From contig OZ024747.1 in assembly GCA_964016885.1 (NCBI GenBank), positions 33,170,001-33,234,000 on the forward strand: a stretch of 64,000 nucleotides of DNA. Reading direction: 5' to 3'. This DNA comes from Eledone cirrhosa. Lineage: Eukaryota. Of the stretch, positions 24,801 to 42,800 are shown piece by piece. Both the position numbers and the translations under genes were made by a program. How positions within the stretch are numbered: the first letter of the stretch is position 1; each line of letters opens with the position of its first letter. The notes below the pieces were generated by a model. It worked only from the letters and a program-made list of their open reading frames with translations. It ran no database searches and was not told where the DNA came from.

Positions 24801-27800
24801 ACAGAAATAACACTAGTAACGTTAGCAACAATACATGTAACAACCATAACAGAAATAACATTAACAACGATAACAACAATACATGTAACAACCATAACAG
24901 AAATAACACTAGCAACGTAAAACAATAATACAGTAACAACCATAACCGAAATAACACTAACAACGTTAACAACAACCATAACAGAAATAACACTAGTAAC
25001 GTTAACAACAATACATGTAACAACCATAGCAGAAATAACACTAACAACGTTAACAACAATACATGTAACAACCATAACAGAAATAACACTAGTAACGTTA
25101 ACAACAATACATGTAACAACCATAGCAGAAATAACACTAACAACGTTAACAACAATACATGTAACAACCATAACAGAAATAACACTAGTAACGTTAGCAA
25201 CAATACATGTAACAACCATAACAGAAATAACACTAACAACGATAACAACAATACATGTAACAACCATAACAGAAATAACACTAGCAACGTAAAACAACAA
25301 TACAGTAACAACCATAACGGAAATAACACTAACAACGTTAATAACAACCATAACAGAAATAACACTAGTAACGTTAACAACAATACATGTAACAACCATA
25401 GCAGAAATAACACTAACAACGTTAACAACAATACATGTAACAACCATAACAGAAATAACACTAGTAACGTTAACAACAATACATGTAACAAGCATAGCAG
25501 AAATAACACTAACAACGTTAACAACAATACATGTAACAACCATAACAGAAATAACACTAGTAACGTTAACAACAATACATGTAACAACCATAGCAGAATT
25601 AACACTAACAACGTTAACAACAATCATAACAGAAATAACACTAGTAACATTAACAACAATATATGTAACAACCATAACAGAAATAACACTAGCAACGTTA
25701 ACAACAATACATGTAACAAACATAACAGAAATAACACTAACAACGTTAACAACAATACATGTAACAACCATAAGAGAAATAACACTAGCAACGTTAACAA
25801 CCATACATGTAACAACCATAACAGAGATAACACTAACAACGTTAACAACAATACATGTAAGAACCATAACAGAAATAACACTAACAACGTTAACAACAAT
25901 ACCTGTAACAACCATAACAGAAATAACACTAACAACGTTAACAACAATACATGTAACAACCATAACAGAAATAACACTAACAACGTTAACAACCATACAT
26001 GTAACAACCATAACAGAGATAACACTAACAACGTTAACAACAATACATGTAAGAACCATAACAGAAATAACACTAACAACGTTAACAACAATACATGTAA
26101 GAACCATAACAGAAATAACAGTAACAATGTTAACAACAATACATGTAACAACCATAACAGAAATAACATTGCAACGTTAACAACAATACATGTAACAACC
26201 ATAACAGAAATAACACTAGTAACGTTAGCAACAATACATGTAACAACCATAACAGAAATAACATTAACAACGATAACAACAATACATGTAACAACCATAA
26301 CAGAAATAACACTAGCAACGTAAAACAATAATACAGTAACAACCATAACGGAAATAACACTAACAACGTTAACAACAACCATAACAGAAATAACACTAGT
26401 AACGTTAACAACAATACATGTAACAACCATAGCAGAAATAACACTAACAACGTTAACAACAATACATGTAACAACCATAACAGAAATAACACTAGTAACG
26501 TTAACAACAATACATGTAACAACCATAGCAGAAATAACACTAACAACGTTAACAACAATACATGTAACAACCATAACAGAAATAACACTAGTAACGTTAG
26601 CAACAATACATGTAACAACCATAACAGAAATAACACTAACAACGATAACAACAATACATGTAACAACCATAACAGAAATAACACTAGCAACGTAAAACAA
26701 CAATACAGTAACAACCATAACGGAAATAACACTAACAACGTTAATAACAACCATAACAGAAATAACACTAGTAACGTTAACAACAATACATGTAACAACC
26801 ATAGCAGAAATAACACTAACAACGTTAACAACAATACATGTAACAACCATAACAGAAATAACACTAGTAACGTTAACAACAATACATGTAACAACCATAG
26901 CAGAAATAACACTAACAACGTTAACAACAATACATGTAACAACCATAACAGAAATAACACTAGTAATGTTAACAACAATACATGTAACAACCATAACAGA
27001 AATAACACTAACAACGTTAACAACAATACATGTTACAAAAATAACAGAAATAACACTAGTAACGTTAACAACAATACATGTAACAACCATAACAGAAATA
27101 ACACTAACAACGTTAACAACAATACATGTTACAAAAATAACAGAAATAACACTAGTAACGTTAACAACAATACACGTAACAACCATAACAGAAATAACAC
27201 TAACAACGTTAACAACAATACATGTAACAACCATAACAGAAATAACACTAACAACGTTAACAACAATACATGTAACAACCATAACAGAAATAACACTAAC
27301 AACGTTAACAACAATACATGTAACAACCAGAACAGAAATAACACTAACGACGTTAACAACAACCATAACAGAAATAACACTAGCAACGTTAACAACAATA
27401 CATGTAATAACCATAACAGAAATAACACTAACAACGTTAACATAAATACATGTAACAACCTTAACAGAAATAACACTAACAACGTTAACAACAATTCATG
27501 TAACCACCATAAAAGAAATAACACTAACAACGTTAACAACAATACATGTAACAACCATAACAGAAATAACACTAACAACGTTAACAACAATACATGTAAC
27601 AACCATAACAGAAATAACACTAGCAACGTTAACAACAATACATGGAAGAACCATAACAGAAATAACAGTAACAACGTTAACAACAATACATGTAACAACC
27701 ATAACAGAAATAACATTGTAACGTTAACAACAATACATGTAACAACCATAACAGAAATAACACTAGCAACGTTAACAACAATACATGTAACAACCATAAC

Positions 27801-30800
27801 AGAAATAACACTAACAACGTTAACAACAAAACATGTAACAACCATAACAGAAATAACACTAACAACGTTAACAACAATACATGTAACAACCATAACAGAA
27901 ATAACGCTAGTAACGTTTGTAACAATACATGTAACAACCATAACAGAAATAACACTAACAACGATAACAACAATACATGTAACAACCATAACAGAAATAA
28001 CACTAGCAACGTTAACAACAATACAGTAACAACCATAACGGAAATAACACTAACAACGTTAACAACAACCATAACAGAAATAACACGAGTAACGTTAACA
28101 ACAATACATGTAACAACCATAACAGAAATAACACTAACAACGTTAACAACAATACATGTAACAACCATAACAGAAATAACACTAGTAACGTTAACAACAA
28201 TACATGTAACAACCATTACAGAAATAACACTAACAACGTTAACAACAATACATGTAACAACCATAACAGAAATAACACTAACAACGTTAACAACAATACA
28301 TGTAACAACCATAACAGAAATAACACTAACAATGTTAACAACAATACATGTAACAACCATAAGAGAAATAACACTAGCAACGTTAACAACAATACATCTA
28401 ACAACCATAACAGAAATAACACTAGCAACATGAACAACAATACATGTAACAGCCATAACAGAAATAACACTAACAACGTTAACAAGAATACATGTAACAA
28501 CAATAACAGAAATAACACTAGCAACGTTAACAACAATACATGTAACAACCATAACAGAAATAACAGTAACAACGTTAACAACAATACATGTAACAACCAT
28601 AACAGAAATAACACTAACAACGTTAACAACAATACATGTAACAACCATAACAGAAATAACATTGCAACGTTAACAACAATACATGTAACAACCATAACAG
28701 AAATAACACTAGCAACGTTAACAACAATACATGTAACAACCATAACAGAAATAACACTAACAACGTTAAGAACAATACATGTAACAAACATAACAGAAAT
28801 AACACTAACAACGTTAACAACAATACATGTAACAACCAGAACAGAAATAACACTAACGACGATAACAACAATACTTGTAACAACCATAACAGAAATAACA
28901 CTAACAACGTTAACAACAACCATAACAGAAATAACACTAGCAACGTTAACAACAATACATGTAACAACCATAACAGAAATAACACTAACAACGTTAACAT
29001 AAATACATGTAACAACCTTAACAGAAATAACACTAACAACGTTAACAACAATACAAGTAACCACCATAAAAGAAATAACACTAACAACGTTAACAACAAT
29101 ACATGTAACAACCATAACAGAAATAACACTAACAACGTTAACAACAATACATGAAACAACCATAACAGAAATAACACTAGCAACGTTAACAACAATACAT
29201 GTAACAACCATAACAGAAATAACACTAACAACGTTAACAACAAAACATGTAACAACCATAACAGAAATAACACTAACAACGTTAACAACAATACATGTAA
29301 CAACCATAACAGAAATAACACTAGTAACGTTTGCAACAATAGATGTAACAACCATAACAGAAATAACACTAACAACGATAACAACAATACATGTAACAAC
29401 CATAACAGAAATAACACTAGCAACGTTAACAACAATACAATAACAACCATAACGGAAATAACACTAACAACGTTAACAACAACCATAACAGAAATAACAC
29501 TAGTAACGTTAACAACAATAAATGTAACAAACATAGCAGAAATAACACTAACAACGTTAACACCAATACATGTAACAACCATAACAGAAATAACACTAGT
29601 AACGTTAACAACAATACATGTAACAACCATAACAGAAATAACACTAACAACGTTAACAACAATACATGTAACAACCATAACAGAAATAACATTAGTAACG
29701 TTAACAACAATACATGTAACAACCATAACAGAAATAACACTAGCAACGTTAACAAAAATACATGTAACAACCATAACAGAAATAACACTAGCAACGTTAA
29801 CAACAATACATGTAAGAACCATAACAGAAATAACACTAACAACGTTAACAACAATACATGTAACAACCATAACAGAAATAACACTAGCAACGTTAACAAC
29901 AATACATGGAAGAACCATAACAGAAATAACAGTAACAACGTTAACAACAATACATGTAACAACCATAACAGAAATAACATTGCAACGTTAACAACAATAC
30001 ATGTAACAACCATAACAGAAATAACACTAGCAACGTTAACAACAATACATGTAACAACCATAACAGAAATAACACTAACAACGTTAACAACAAAACATGT
30101 AACAACCATAACAGAAATAACACTAACAACGTTAACAACAATACATGTAACAACCATAACAGAAATAACACTAGTAACGTTTGCAACAATACATGTAACA
30201 ACCATAACAGAAATAACACTAACAACGATAACAACAATACATGTAACAACCATAACAGAAATAACACTAGCAACGTTAACAACAATACAGTAACAACCAT
30301 AACGGAAATAACACTAACAACGTTAACAACAACCATAACAGAAATAACACTAGTAACGTTAACAACAATACATGTAACAACCATAGCAGAAATAACACTA
30401 ACAACGTTAACAACAATACATGTAACAACCATAACAGAAATAACACTAGTAACGTTAACAACAATACATGTAACAACCATAACAGAAATACCACTAACAA
30501 CGTTAACAACAATACATGTAACAACCATAACAGAAATAACACTAGTAACGTTAACAACAATACATGTAACAACCATAACAGAAATAACAGTAACAACGTT
30601 AACAACAATACATGTAACAACCATAACAGAAATAACACTAGTAACGTTAACAACAATACATGTAACAACCATAACATAAATAACACTAACAACGTTAACA
30701 ACAATACATGTAACAAACATAACAGAAATAACACTAACAACGTTAACAACAATACATGTAACAACCAGAACAGAAATAACACTAACGACGATAACAACAA

Positions 30801-33800
30801 TACTTGTAACAACCATAACAGAAATAACACTAACAACGTTAACAACAACCATAACAGAAATAACACTAGTAACGTTAACAACAATACACGTAACAACCAT
30901 AACAGAAATAACACTAACACCGTTAACAACAATACATGTAACAACCATAACAGAAATAACACTAGTAACATTAACAACAATACATGTAACAACCATAACA
31001 GAAATAACACTAGTAACGTTAACAACAATACATGTAACAACCATAACAGAAATAACACTAGCAACGTTAACAACAATACATGTAACAACCATAACACAAA
31101 TAACACTAGCAACGTTAACAACAATACATATAACAACCATAACAGAAACAACACTAACAACGTTAACAACAATACATGTAACAACCATAACAGAAATAAC
31201 AGTAACGACGTTAACAACAATACATGTAACAACCATAACAGAAATAACACTAACAACGTTAACAACAATATATGTAACAACCATAACAGAAATAACACTA
31301 GCAACGTTAACAACAATACATGTAACAACCATAACAGAAATAACACTAGTAACGTTAACAACAATACATGTAACAACCATAACAAAAATAACACTAACAA
31401 CGTTAACAACAATACATGTAACAACCATAACAGAAATAACACTAACAACGTTAACAACAATACATGTAACAACCATAACAGAAATAACACTAGTAACGTT
31501 AACAACAATACATGTAACAACCATAACAGAAATAACACTAACAACGTTAACAACAATACATGTAACAACCATAACAGAAATAAAACTAACAACGATAATA
31601 ACAATACATGTAACAAACATAACAGAATTAACACTAACAACGTTAACAACAATCATAACAGAAATAACACTAGTAACATTAACAACAATATATGTAACAA
31701 CCATAACAGAAATAACACTAGCAACGTTAACAACAATACATGTAACAAACATAACAGAAATAACACTAACAACGTTAACAACAATACATGTAACAACCAT
31801 AACAGAAATAACACTAACAACGTTAACAACCATACATGTAACAACCATAACAGAGATAACACTAACAACGTTAACAACAATACATGTAAGAACCATAACA
31901 GAAATAACACTAACAACGTTAACAACAATACATGTAACAACCATAACAGAGATAACACTAACAACGTTAACAAAAATACATGTAACAACCTTAACAGAAA
32001 TAACACTAACAACGTTAACAACAATACATGTAACCACCATAAAAGAAATAACACTAACAACGTTAACAACAATACATGTAACAACCATAACAGAAATAAC
32101 ACTAACAACGTTAACAACAATACATGTAACAACCATAACAGAAATAACACTAGCAACGTTAACAACAATACATGTAAGAACCATAACAGAAATAACAGTA
32201 ACAACGTTAACAACAATACATGTAACAACCATAACAGAAATAACATTGCAACGCTAACAACAATACATGTAACAACCATAACAGAAATAACACTAACAAC
32301 GTTAACAACAATACATGTAACAACCATAACAGAAATAACACTAGTAACGTTAACAACAATACATGTAACAACCATAACAGAAATAACACTAACAACGATA
32401 ACAACAATACATGTAACAACCATAACAGAAATAACACTAGCAACGTTAACAACAATACATGTAACAACCATAACAGAAATAACAGTAACAACGTTAACAA
32501 CAATACATGTAACAACCATAACAGAAATAACACTAGTAACGTTAACAACAATACATGTAACAACCATAACAGAAATAACACTAACAACGTTAACAACAAT
32601 ACATGTAACAACCATAACAGAAATAACACTAGTAACGTTAACAACAATACATGTAACAACCATAACAGAAATAACACTAACAACGTTAACAACAATATAT
32701 GTAACAACCATAACAGAAATAACACTAACAACGTTAACAACAATACATGTAACAACCATAACAGAAATAACACTAACAACGTTAACAACAATACATGTAA
32801 CAACCATAACAGAAATAACAGTAACAACGTTAACAACAATACATGTAACAACCATAACAGAAATAACACTAGTAACGTTAACAACAATACATGTAACAAC
32901 CATAACAGAAATAACAGTAACAACGTTAACAACAATACATGTAACAACCATAACAGAAATAACACTAGCAACGTTAACAACAATACATGTAACAACCATA
33001 ACAGAAATAACACTAGCAACGTTAACAAAAATACATGTAACAACCATAACAGAAATAACACTAGCAACGTTAACAACAATACATGTAACAACCATAACAG
33101 AAAGAACACTAGCAACGTTAACAACAATACATGTAACAACCATAACAGAAATAATATTAGCAACGTTAACAACAATACATGTAACAACCATAACAGAAAT
33201 AACACTAGCAACGTTAACAACAATACATGTAAGAACCATAACAGAAATAACACTAACAAAGTTAACAACAGTACATGTAACAACCAGAACAGAAATAACA
33301 CTAACGACGATAACAACAATACTTGTAACAACCATAACAGAAATAACACTAACAACGTTAACAACAATACATGTAACAACTATAACAGAAATAACACTAG
33401 TAACGTTAACAATAATACATGTAACAACCATAACAGAAATAACACTAACAACGTTAACAACAATACATGTAACAACCATAACAGAAATAACACTAACAAC
33501 GTTAACAACAATACATGTAACAACCATAACAGAAATAACACTAGTAACGTTAACAACAATACATGTAACAACCATAACAGAAATAAAACTAACAACGATA
33601 ATAACAATACATGTAACAAACATAACAGAATTAACACTAACAACGTTAACAACAATCATAACAGAAATAACACTAGTAACATTAACAACAATATATGTAA
33701 CAACCATAACAGAAATAACACTAGCAACGTTAACAACAATACATGTAACAAACATAACAGAAATAACACTAACAACGTTAACAACAATACATGTAACAAC

Positions 33801-36800
33801 CATAACAGAAATAACACTAACAACGTTAACAACCATACATGTAACAACCATAACAGAGATAACACTAACAACGTTAACAACAATACATGTAAGAACCATA
33901 ACAGAAATAACACTAACAACGTTAACAACAATACCTGTAACAACCATAACAGAAATAACACTAACAACGTTAACAACAATACATGTAACAACCATAACAG
34001 AAATAACACTAACAACGTTAACAACCATACATGTAACAACCATAACAGAGATAACGCTAACAACGTAAACAACAATACATGTAAGAACCATAACAGAAAT
34101 AACACTAACAACGTTAACAACAATACATGTAAGAACCATAACAGAAATAACAGTAACAATGTTAACAACAATACATGTAACAACCATAACAGAAATAACA
34201 TTGCAACGTTAACAACAATACATGTAACAACCATAACAGAAATAACACTAGTAACGTTAGCAACAATACATGTAACAACCATAACAGAAATAACATTAAC
34301 AACGATAACAACAATACATGTAACAACCATAACAGAAATAACACTAGCAACGTAAAACAATAATACAGTAACAACCATAACGGAAATAACACTAACAACG
34401 TTAACAACAACCATAACAGAAATAACACTAGTAACGTTAACAACAATACATGTAACAACCATAGCAGAAATAACACTAACAACGTTAACAACAATACATG
34501 TAACAACCATAACAGAAATAACACTAGTAACGTTAACAACAATACATGTAACAACCATAACAGAAATAACACTAACAACATTAACAACAATACATGTAAC
34601 AACCATAACAGAAATAACACTAACAACGTTAACAACAATACATGTAACAACCATAACAGAAATAACACTAGTAACGTTAACAACAATACATGTAACAACC
34701 ATAACAGAAATAACACTAACAACGTTAACAACAATACATGTAACAACCATAACAGAAATAAAACTAACAACGATAATAACAATACATGTAACAAACATAA
34801 CAGAATTAACACTAACAACGTTAACAACAATCATAACAGAAATAACACTAGTAACATTAACAACAATATATGTAACAACCATAACAGAAATAACACTAGC
34901 AACGTTAACAACAATACATGTAACAAACATAACAGAAATAACACTAACAACGTTAACAACAATACATGTAACAACCATAACAGAAATAACACTAACAACG
35001 TTAACAACCATACATGTAACAACCATAACAGAGATAACACTAACAACGTTAACAACAATACATGTAAGAACCATAACAGAAATAACACTAACAACGTTAA
35101 CAACAATACCTGTAACAACCATAACAGAAATAACACTAACAACGTTAACAACAATACATGTAACAACCATAACAGAAATAACACTAACAACGTTAACAAC
35201 CATACATGTAACAACCATAACAGAGATAACACTAACAACGTTAACAACAATACATGTAAGAACCATAACAGAAATAACACTAACAACGTTAACAACAATA
35301 CATGTAAGAACCATAACAGAAATAACAGTAACAATGTTAACAACAATACATGTGACAACCATAACAGAAATAACATTGCAACGTTAACAACAATACATGT
35401 AACAACCATAACAGAAATAACACTAGTAACGTTAGCAACAATACATGTAACAACCATAACAGAAATAACATTAACAACGATAACAACAATACATGTAACA
35501 ACCATAACAGAAATAACACTAGCAACGTAAAACAATAATACATGTAACAACCATAACAGAAATAACACTAACAACGTTAACAACAATACATGTAACAAAC
35601 ATAACAGAAATAACTCTAACAACGTTAACAACAATACATGTAACAACCATAACAGAAATAACACTAGCAACGTTAACAACAATACATGTAACAACCATAA
35701 CAGAAATAACACTAACAACGTTAACAACAATACATGTAACAAACATAACAGAAATAACACTAACAAAGTTAACAACAGTACATGTAACAACCAGAACAGA
35801 AATAACACTAACGACGATAACAACAATACTTGTAACAACCATAACAGAAATAACACTAACAACGTTAACAACAATACATGTAACAACTATAACAGAAATA
35901 ACACTAGTAACGTTAACAATAATACATGTAACAACCATAACAGAAATAACACTAACAACGTTAACAACAATACATGTAACAACCATAACAGAAATAACAC
36001 TAACAACGTTAACAACAATACATGTAACAACCATAACAGAAATAACACTAGTAACGTTAACAACAATACATGTAACAACCATAACAGAAATAAAACTAAC
36101 AACGATAATAACAATACATGTAACAAACATAACAGAATTAACACTAACAACGTTAACAACAATCATAACAGAAATAACACTAGTAACATTAACAACAATA
36201 TATGTAACAACCATAACAGAAATAACACTAGCAACGTTAACAACAATACATGTAACAAACATAACAGAAATAACACTAACAACGTTAACAACAATACATG
36301 TAACAACCATAACAGAAATAACACTAACAACGTTAACAACCATACATGTAACAACCATAACAGAGATAACACTAACAACGTTAACAACAATACATGTAAG
36401 AACCATAACAGAAATAACACTAACAACGTTAACAACAATACCTGTAACAACCATAACAGAAATAACACTAACAACGTTAACAACAATACATGTAACAACC
36501 ATAACAGAAATAACACTAACAACGTTAACAACCATACATGTAACAACCATAACAGAGATAACACTAACAACGTAAACAACAATACATGTAAGAACCATAA
36601 CAGAAATAACACTAACAACGTTAACAACAATACATGTAAGAACCATAACAGAAATAACAGTAACAATGTTAACAACAATACATGTAACAACCATAACAGA
36701 AATAACATTGCAACGTTAACAACAATACATGTAACAACCATAACAGAAATAACACTAGTAACGTTAGCAACAATACATGTAACAACCATAACAGAAATAA

Positions 36801-39800
36801 CATTAACAACGATAACAACAATACATGTAACAACCATAACAGAAATAACACTAGCAACGTAAAACAATAATACAGTAACAACCATAACGGAAATAACACT
36901 AACAACGTTAACAACAACCATAACAGAAATAACACTAGTAACGTTAACAACAATACATGTAACAACCATAGCAGAAATAACACTAACAACGTTAACAACA
37001 ATACATGTAACAACCATAACAGAAATAACACTAGTAACGTTAACAACAATACATGTAACAACCATAGCAGAAATAACACTAACAACGTTAACAACAATAC
37101 ATGTAACAACCATAACAGAAATAACACTAGTAACGTTAACAACAATACATGTAACAACCATAACAGAAATAACACTAACAACATTAACAACAATACATGT
37201 AACAACCATAACAGAAATAACACTAACAACGTTAACAACAATACATGTAACAACCATAACAGAAATAACACTAGTAACTTTAACAACAATACATGTAACA
37301 ACCATAACAGAAATAACACTAACAACGTTAACAACAATACATGTAACAACCATAACAGAAATAAAACTAACAACGATAATAACAATACATGTAACAAACA
37401 TAACAGAATTAACACTAACAACGTTAACAACAATCATAACAGAAATAACACTAGTAACATTAACAACAATATATGTAACAACCATAACAGAAATAACACT
37501 AGCAACGTTAACAACAATACATGTAACAAACATAACAGAAATAACACTAACAACGTTAACAACAATACATGTAACAACCATAACAGAAATAACACTAACA
37601 ACGTTAACAACCATACATGTAACAACCATAACAGAGATAACACTAACAACGTTAACAACAATACATGTAAGAACCATAACAGAAATAACACTAACAACGT
37701 TAACAACAATACCTGTAACAACCATAACAGAAATAACACTAACAACGTTAACAACAATACATGTAACAACCATAACAGAAATAACACTAACAACGTTAAC
37801 AACCATACATGTAACAACCATAACAGAGATAACACTAACAACGTTAACAACAATACATGTAAGAACCATAACAGAAATAACACTAACAACGTTAACAACA
37901 ATACATGTAAGAACCATAACAGAAATAACAGTAACAATGTTAACAACAATACATGTGACAACCATAACAGAAATAACATTGCAACGTTAACAACAATACA
38001 TGTAACAACCATAACAGAAATAACACTAGTAACGTTAGCAACAATACATGTAACAACCATAACAGAAATAACATTAACAACGATAACAACAATACATGTA
38101 ACAACCATAACAGAAATAACACTAGCAACGTAAAACAATAATACAGTAACAACCATAACGGAAATAACACTAACAACGTTAACAACAACCATAACAGAAA
38201 TAACACTAGTAACGTTAACAACAATACATGTAACAACCATAGCAGAAATAACACTAACAACGTTAACAACAATACATGTAACAACCATAACAGAAATAAC
38301 ACTAGTAACGTTAACAACAATACATGTAACAACCATAGCAGAAATAACACTAACAACGTTAACAACAATACATGTAACAACCATAACAGAAATAACACTA
38401 GTAACGTTAGCAACAATACATGTAACAACCATAACAGAAATAACACTAACAACGATAACAACAATACATGTAACAACCATAACAGAAATAACACTAGCAA
38501 CGTAAAACAACAATACAGTAACAACCATAACGGAAATAACACTAACAACGTTAATAACAACCATAACAGAAATAACACTAGTAACGTTAACAACAATACA
38601 TGTAACAACCATAGCAGAAATAACACTAACAACGTTAACAACAATACATGTAACAACCATAACAGAAATAACACTAGTAACGTTAACAACAATACATGTA
38701 ACAACCATAGCAGAAATAACACTAACAACGTTAACAACAATACATGTAACAACCATAACAGAAATAACACTAGTAACGTTAACAACAATACATGTAACAA
38801 CCATAGCAGAATTAACACTAACAACGTTAACAACAATCATAACAGAAATAACACTAGTAACATTAACAACAATATATGTAACAACCATAACAGAAATAAC
38901 ACTAGCAACGTTAACAACAATACATGTAACAAACATAACAGAAATAACACTAACAACGTTAACAACAATACATGTAACAACCATAAGAGAAATAACACTA
39001 GCAACGTTAACAACCATACATGTAACAACCATAACAGAGATAACACTAACAACGTTAACAACAATACATGTAAGAACCATAACAGAAATAACACTAACAA
39101 CGTTAACAACAATACCTGTAACAACCATAACAGAAATAACACTAACAACGTTAACAACAATACATGTAACAACCATAACAGAAATAACACTAACAACGTT
39201 AACAACCATACATGTAACAACCATAACAGAGATAACACTAACAACGTTAACAACAATACATGTAAGAACCATAACAGAAATAACACTAACAACGTTAACA
39301 ACAATACATGTAAGAACCATAACAGAAATAACAGTAACAATGTTAACAACAATACATGTAACAACCATAACAGAAATAACATTGCAACGTTAACAACAAT
39401 ACATGTAACAACCATAACAGAAATAACACTAGTAACGTTAGCAACAATACATGTAACAACCATAACAGAAATAACATTAACAACGATAACAACAATACAT
39501 GTAACAACCATAACAGAAATAACACTAGCAACGTAAAACAATAATACAGTAACAACCATAACGGAAATAACACTAACAACGTTAACAACAACCATAACAG
39601 AAATAACACTAGTAACGTTAACAACAATACATGTAACAACCATAGCAGAAATAACACTAACAACGTTAACAACAATACATGTAACAACCATAACAGAAAT
39701 AACACTAGTAACGTTAACAACAATACATGTAACAACCATAGCAGAAATAACACTAACAACGTTAACAACAATACATGTAACAACCATAACAGAAATAACA

Positions 39801-42800
39801 CTAGTAACGTTAGCAACAATACATGTAACAACCATAACAGAAATAACACTAACAACGATAACAACAATACATGTAACAACCATAACAGAAATAACACTAG
39901 CAACGTAAAACAACAATACAGTAACAACCATAACGGAAATAACACTAACAACGTTAATAACAACCATAACAGAAATAACACTAGTAACGTTAACAACAAT
40001 ACATGTAACAACCATAGCAGAAATAACACTAACAACGTTAACAACAATACATGTAACAACCATAACAGAAATAACACTAGTAACGTTAACAACAATACAT
40101 GTAACAACCATAGCAGAAATAACACTAACAACGTTAACAACAATACATGTAACAACCATAACAGAAATAACACTAGTAACGTTAACAACAATACATGTAA
40201 CAACCATAACAGAAATAACACTAACAACGTTAACAACAATACATGTTACAAAAATAACAGAAATAACACTAGTAACGTTAACAACAATACATGTAACAAC
40301 CATAACAGAAATAACACTAACAACGTTAACAACAATACATGTTACAAAAATAACAGAAATAACACTAGTAACGTTAACAACAATACACGTAACAACCATA
40401 ACAGAAATAACACTAACAACGTTAACAACAATACATGTAACAACCATAACAGAAATAACACTAACAACGTTAACAACAATACATGTAACAACCATAACAG
40501 AAATAACACTAACAACGTTAACAACAATACATGTAACAACCAGAACAGAAATAACACTAACGACGTTAACAACAACCATAACAGAAATAACACTAGCAAC
40601 GTTAACAACAATACATGTAATAACCATAACAGAAATAACACTAACAACGTTAACATAAATACATGTAACAACCTTAACAGAAATAACACTAACAACGTTA
40701 ACAACAATTCATGTAACCACCATAAAAGAAATAACACTAACAACGTTAACAACAATACATGTAACAACCATAACAGAAATAACACTAACAACGTTAACAA
40801 CAATACATGTAACAACCATAACAGAAATAACACTAGCAACGTTAACAACAATACATGGAAGAACCATAACAGAAATAACAGTAACAACGTTAACAACAAT
40901 ACATGTAACAACCATAACAGAAATAACATTGTAACGTTAACAACAATACATGTAACAACCATAACAGAAATAACACTAGCAACGTTAACAACAATACATG
41001 TAACAACCATAACAGAAATAACACTAACAACGTTAACAACAAAACATGTAACAACCATAACAGAAATAACACTAACAACGTTAACAACAATACATGTAAC
41101 AACCATAACAGAAATAACGCTAGTAACGTTTGTAACAATACATGTAACAACCATAACAGAAATAACACTAACAACGATAACAACAATACATGTAACAACC
41201 ATAACAGAAATAACACTAGCAACGTTAACAACAATACAGTAACAACCATAACGGAAATAACACTAACAACGTTAACAACAACCATAACAGAAATAACACG
41301 AGTAACGTTAACAACAATACATGTAACAACCATAACAGAAATAACACTAACAACGTTAACAACAATACATGTAACAACCATAACAGAAATAACACTAACA
41401 ATGTTAACAACAATACATGTAACAACCATAAGAGAAATAACACTAGCAACGTTAACAACAATACATCTAACAACCATAACAGAAATAACACTAGCAACAT
41501 GAACAACAATACATGTAACAGCCATAACAGAAATAACACTAACAACGTTAACAAGAATACATGTAACAACAATAACAGAAATAACACTAGCAACGTTAAC
41601 AACAATACATGTAACAACCATAACAGAAATAACAGTAACAACGTTAACAACAATACATGTAACAATCATAACAGAAATAACACTAACAACGTTAACAACA
41701 ATACATGTAACAACCATAACAGAAATAACATTGCAACGTTAACAACAATACATGTAACAACCATAACAGAAATAACACTAGCAACGTTAACAACAATACA
41801 TGTAACAACCATAACAGAAATAACACTAACAACGTTAAGAACAATACATGTAACAAACATAACAGAAATAACACTAACAACGTTAACAACAATACATGTA
41901 ACAACCAGAACAGAAATAACACTAACGACGATAACAACAATACTTGTAACAACCATAACAGAAATAACACTAACAACGTTAACAACAACCATAACAGAAA
42001 TAACACTAGCAACGTTAACAACAATATATGTAACAACCATAACAGAAATAACACTAACAACGTTAACATAAATACATGTAACAACCTTAACAGAAATAAC
42101 ACTAACAACGTTAACAACAATACAAGTAACCACCATAAAAGAAATAACACTAACAACGTTAACAACAATACATGTAACAACCATAACAGAAATAACACTA
42201 ACAACGTTAACAACAATACATGAAACAACCATAACAGAAATAACACTAGCAACGTTAACAACAATACATGTAACAACCATAACAGAAATAACACTAACAA
42301 CGTTAACAACAAAACATGTAACAACCATAACAGAAATAACACTAACAACGTTAACAACAATACATGTAACAACCATAACAGAAATAACACTAGTAACGTT
42401 TGCAACAATAGATGTAACAACCATAACAGAAATAACACTAACAACGATAACAACAATACATGTATCAACCATAACAGAAATAACACTAGCAACGTTAACA
42501 ACAATACAATAACAACCATAACGGAAATAACACTAACAACGTTAACAACAACCATAACAGAAATAACACTAGTAACGTTAACAACAATAAATGTAACAAA
42601 CATAGCAGAAATAACACTAACAACGTTAACACCAATACATGTAACAACCATAACAGAAATAACACTAGTAACGTTAACAACAATACATGTAACAACCATA
42701 ACAGAAATAACACTAACAACGTTAACAACAATACATGTAACAACCATAACAGAAATAACATTAGTAACGTTAACAACAATACATGTAACAACCATAACAG

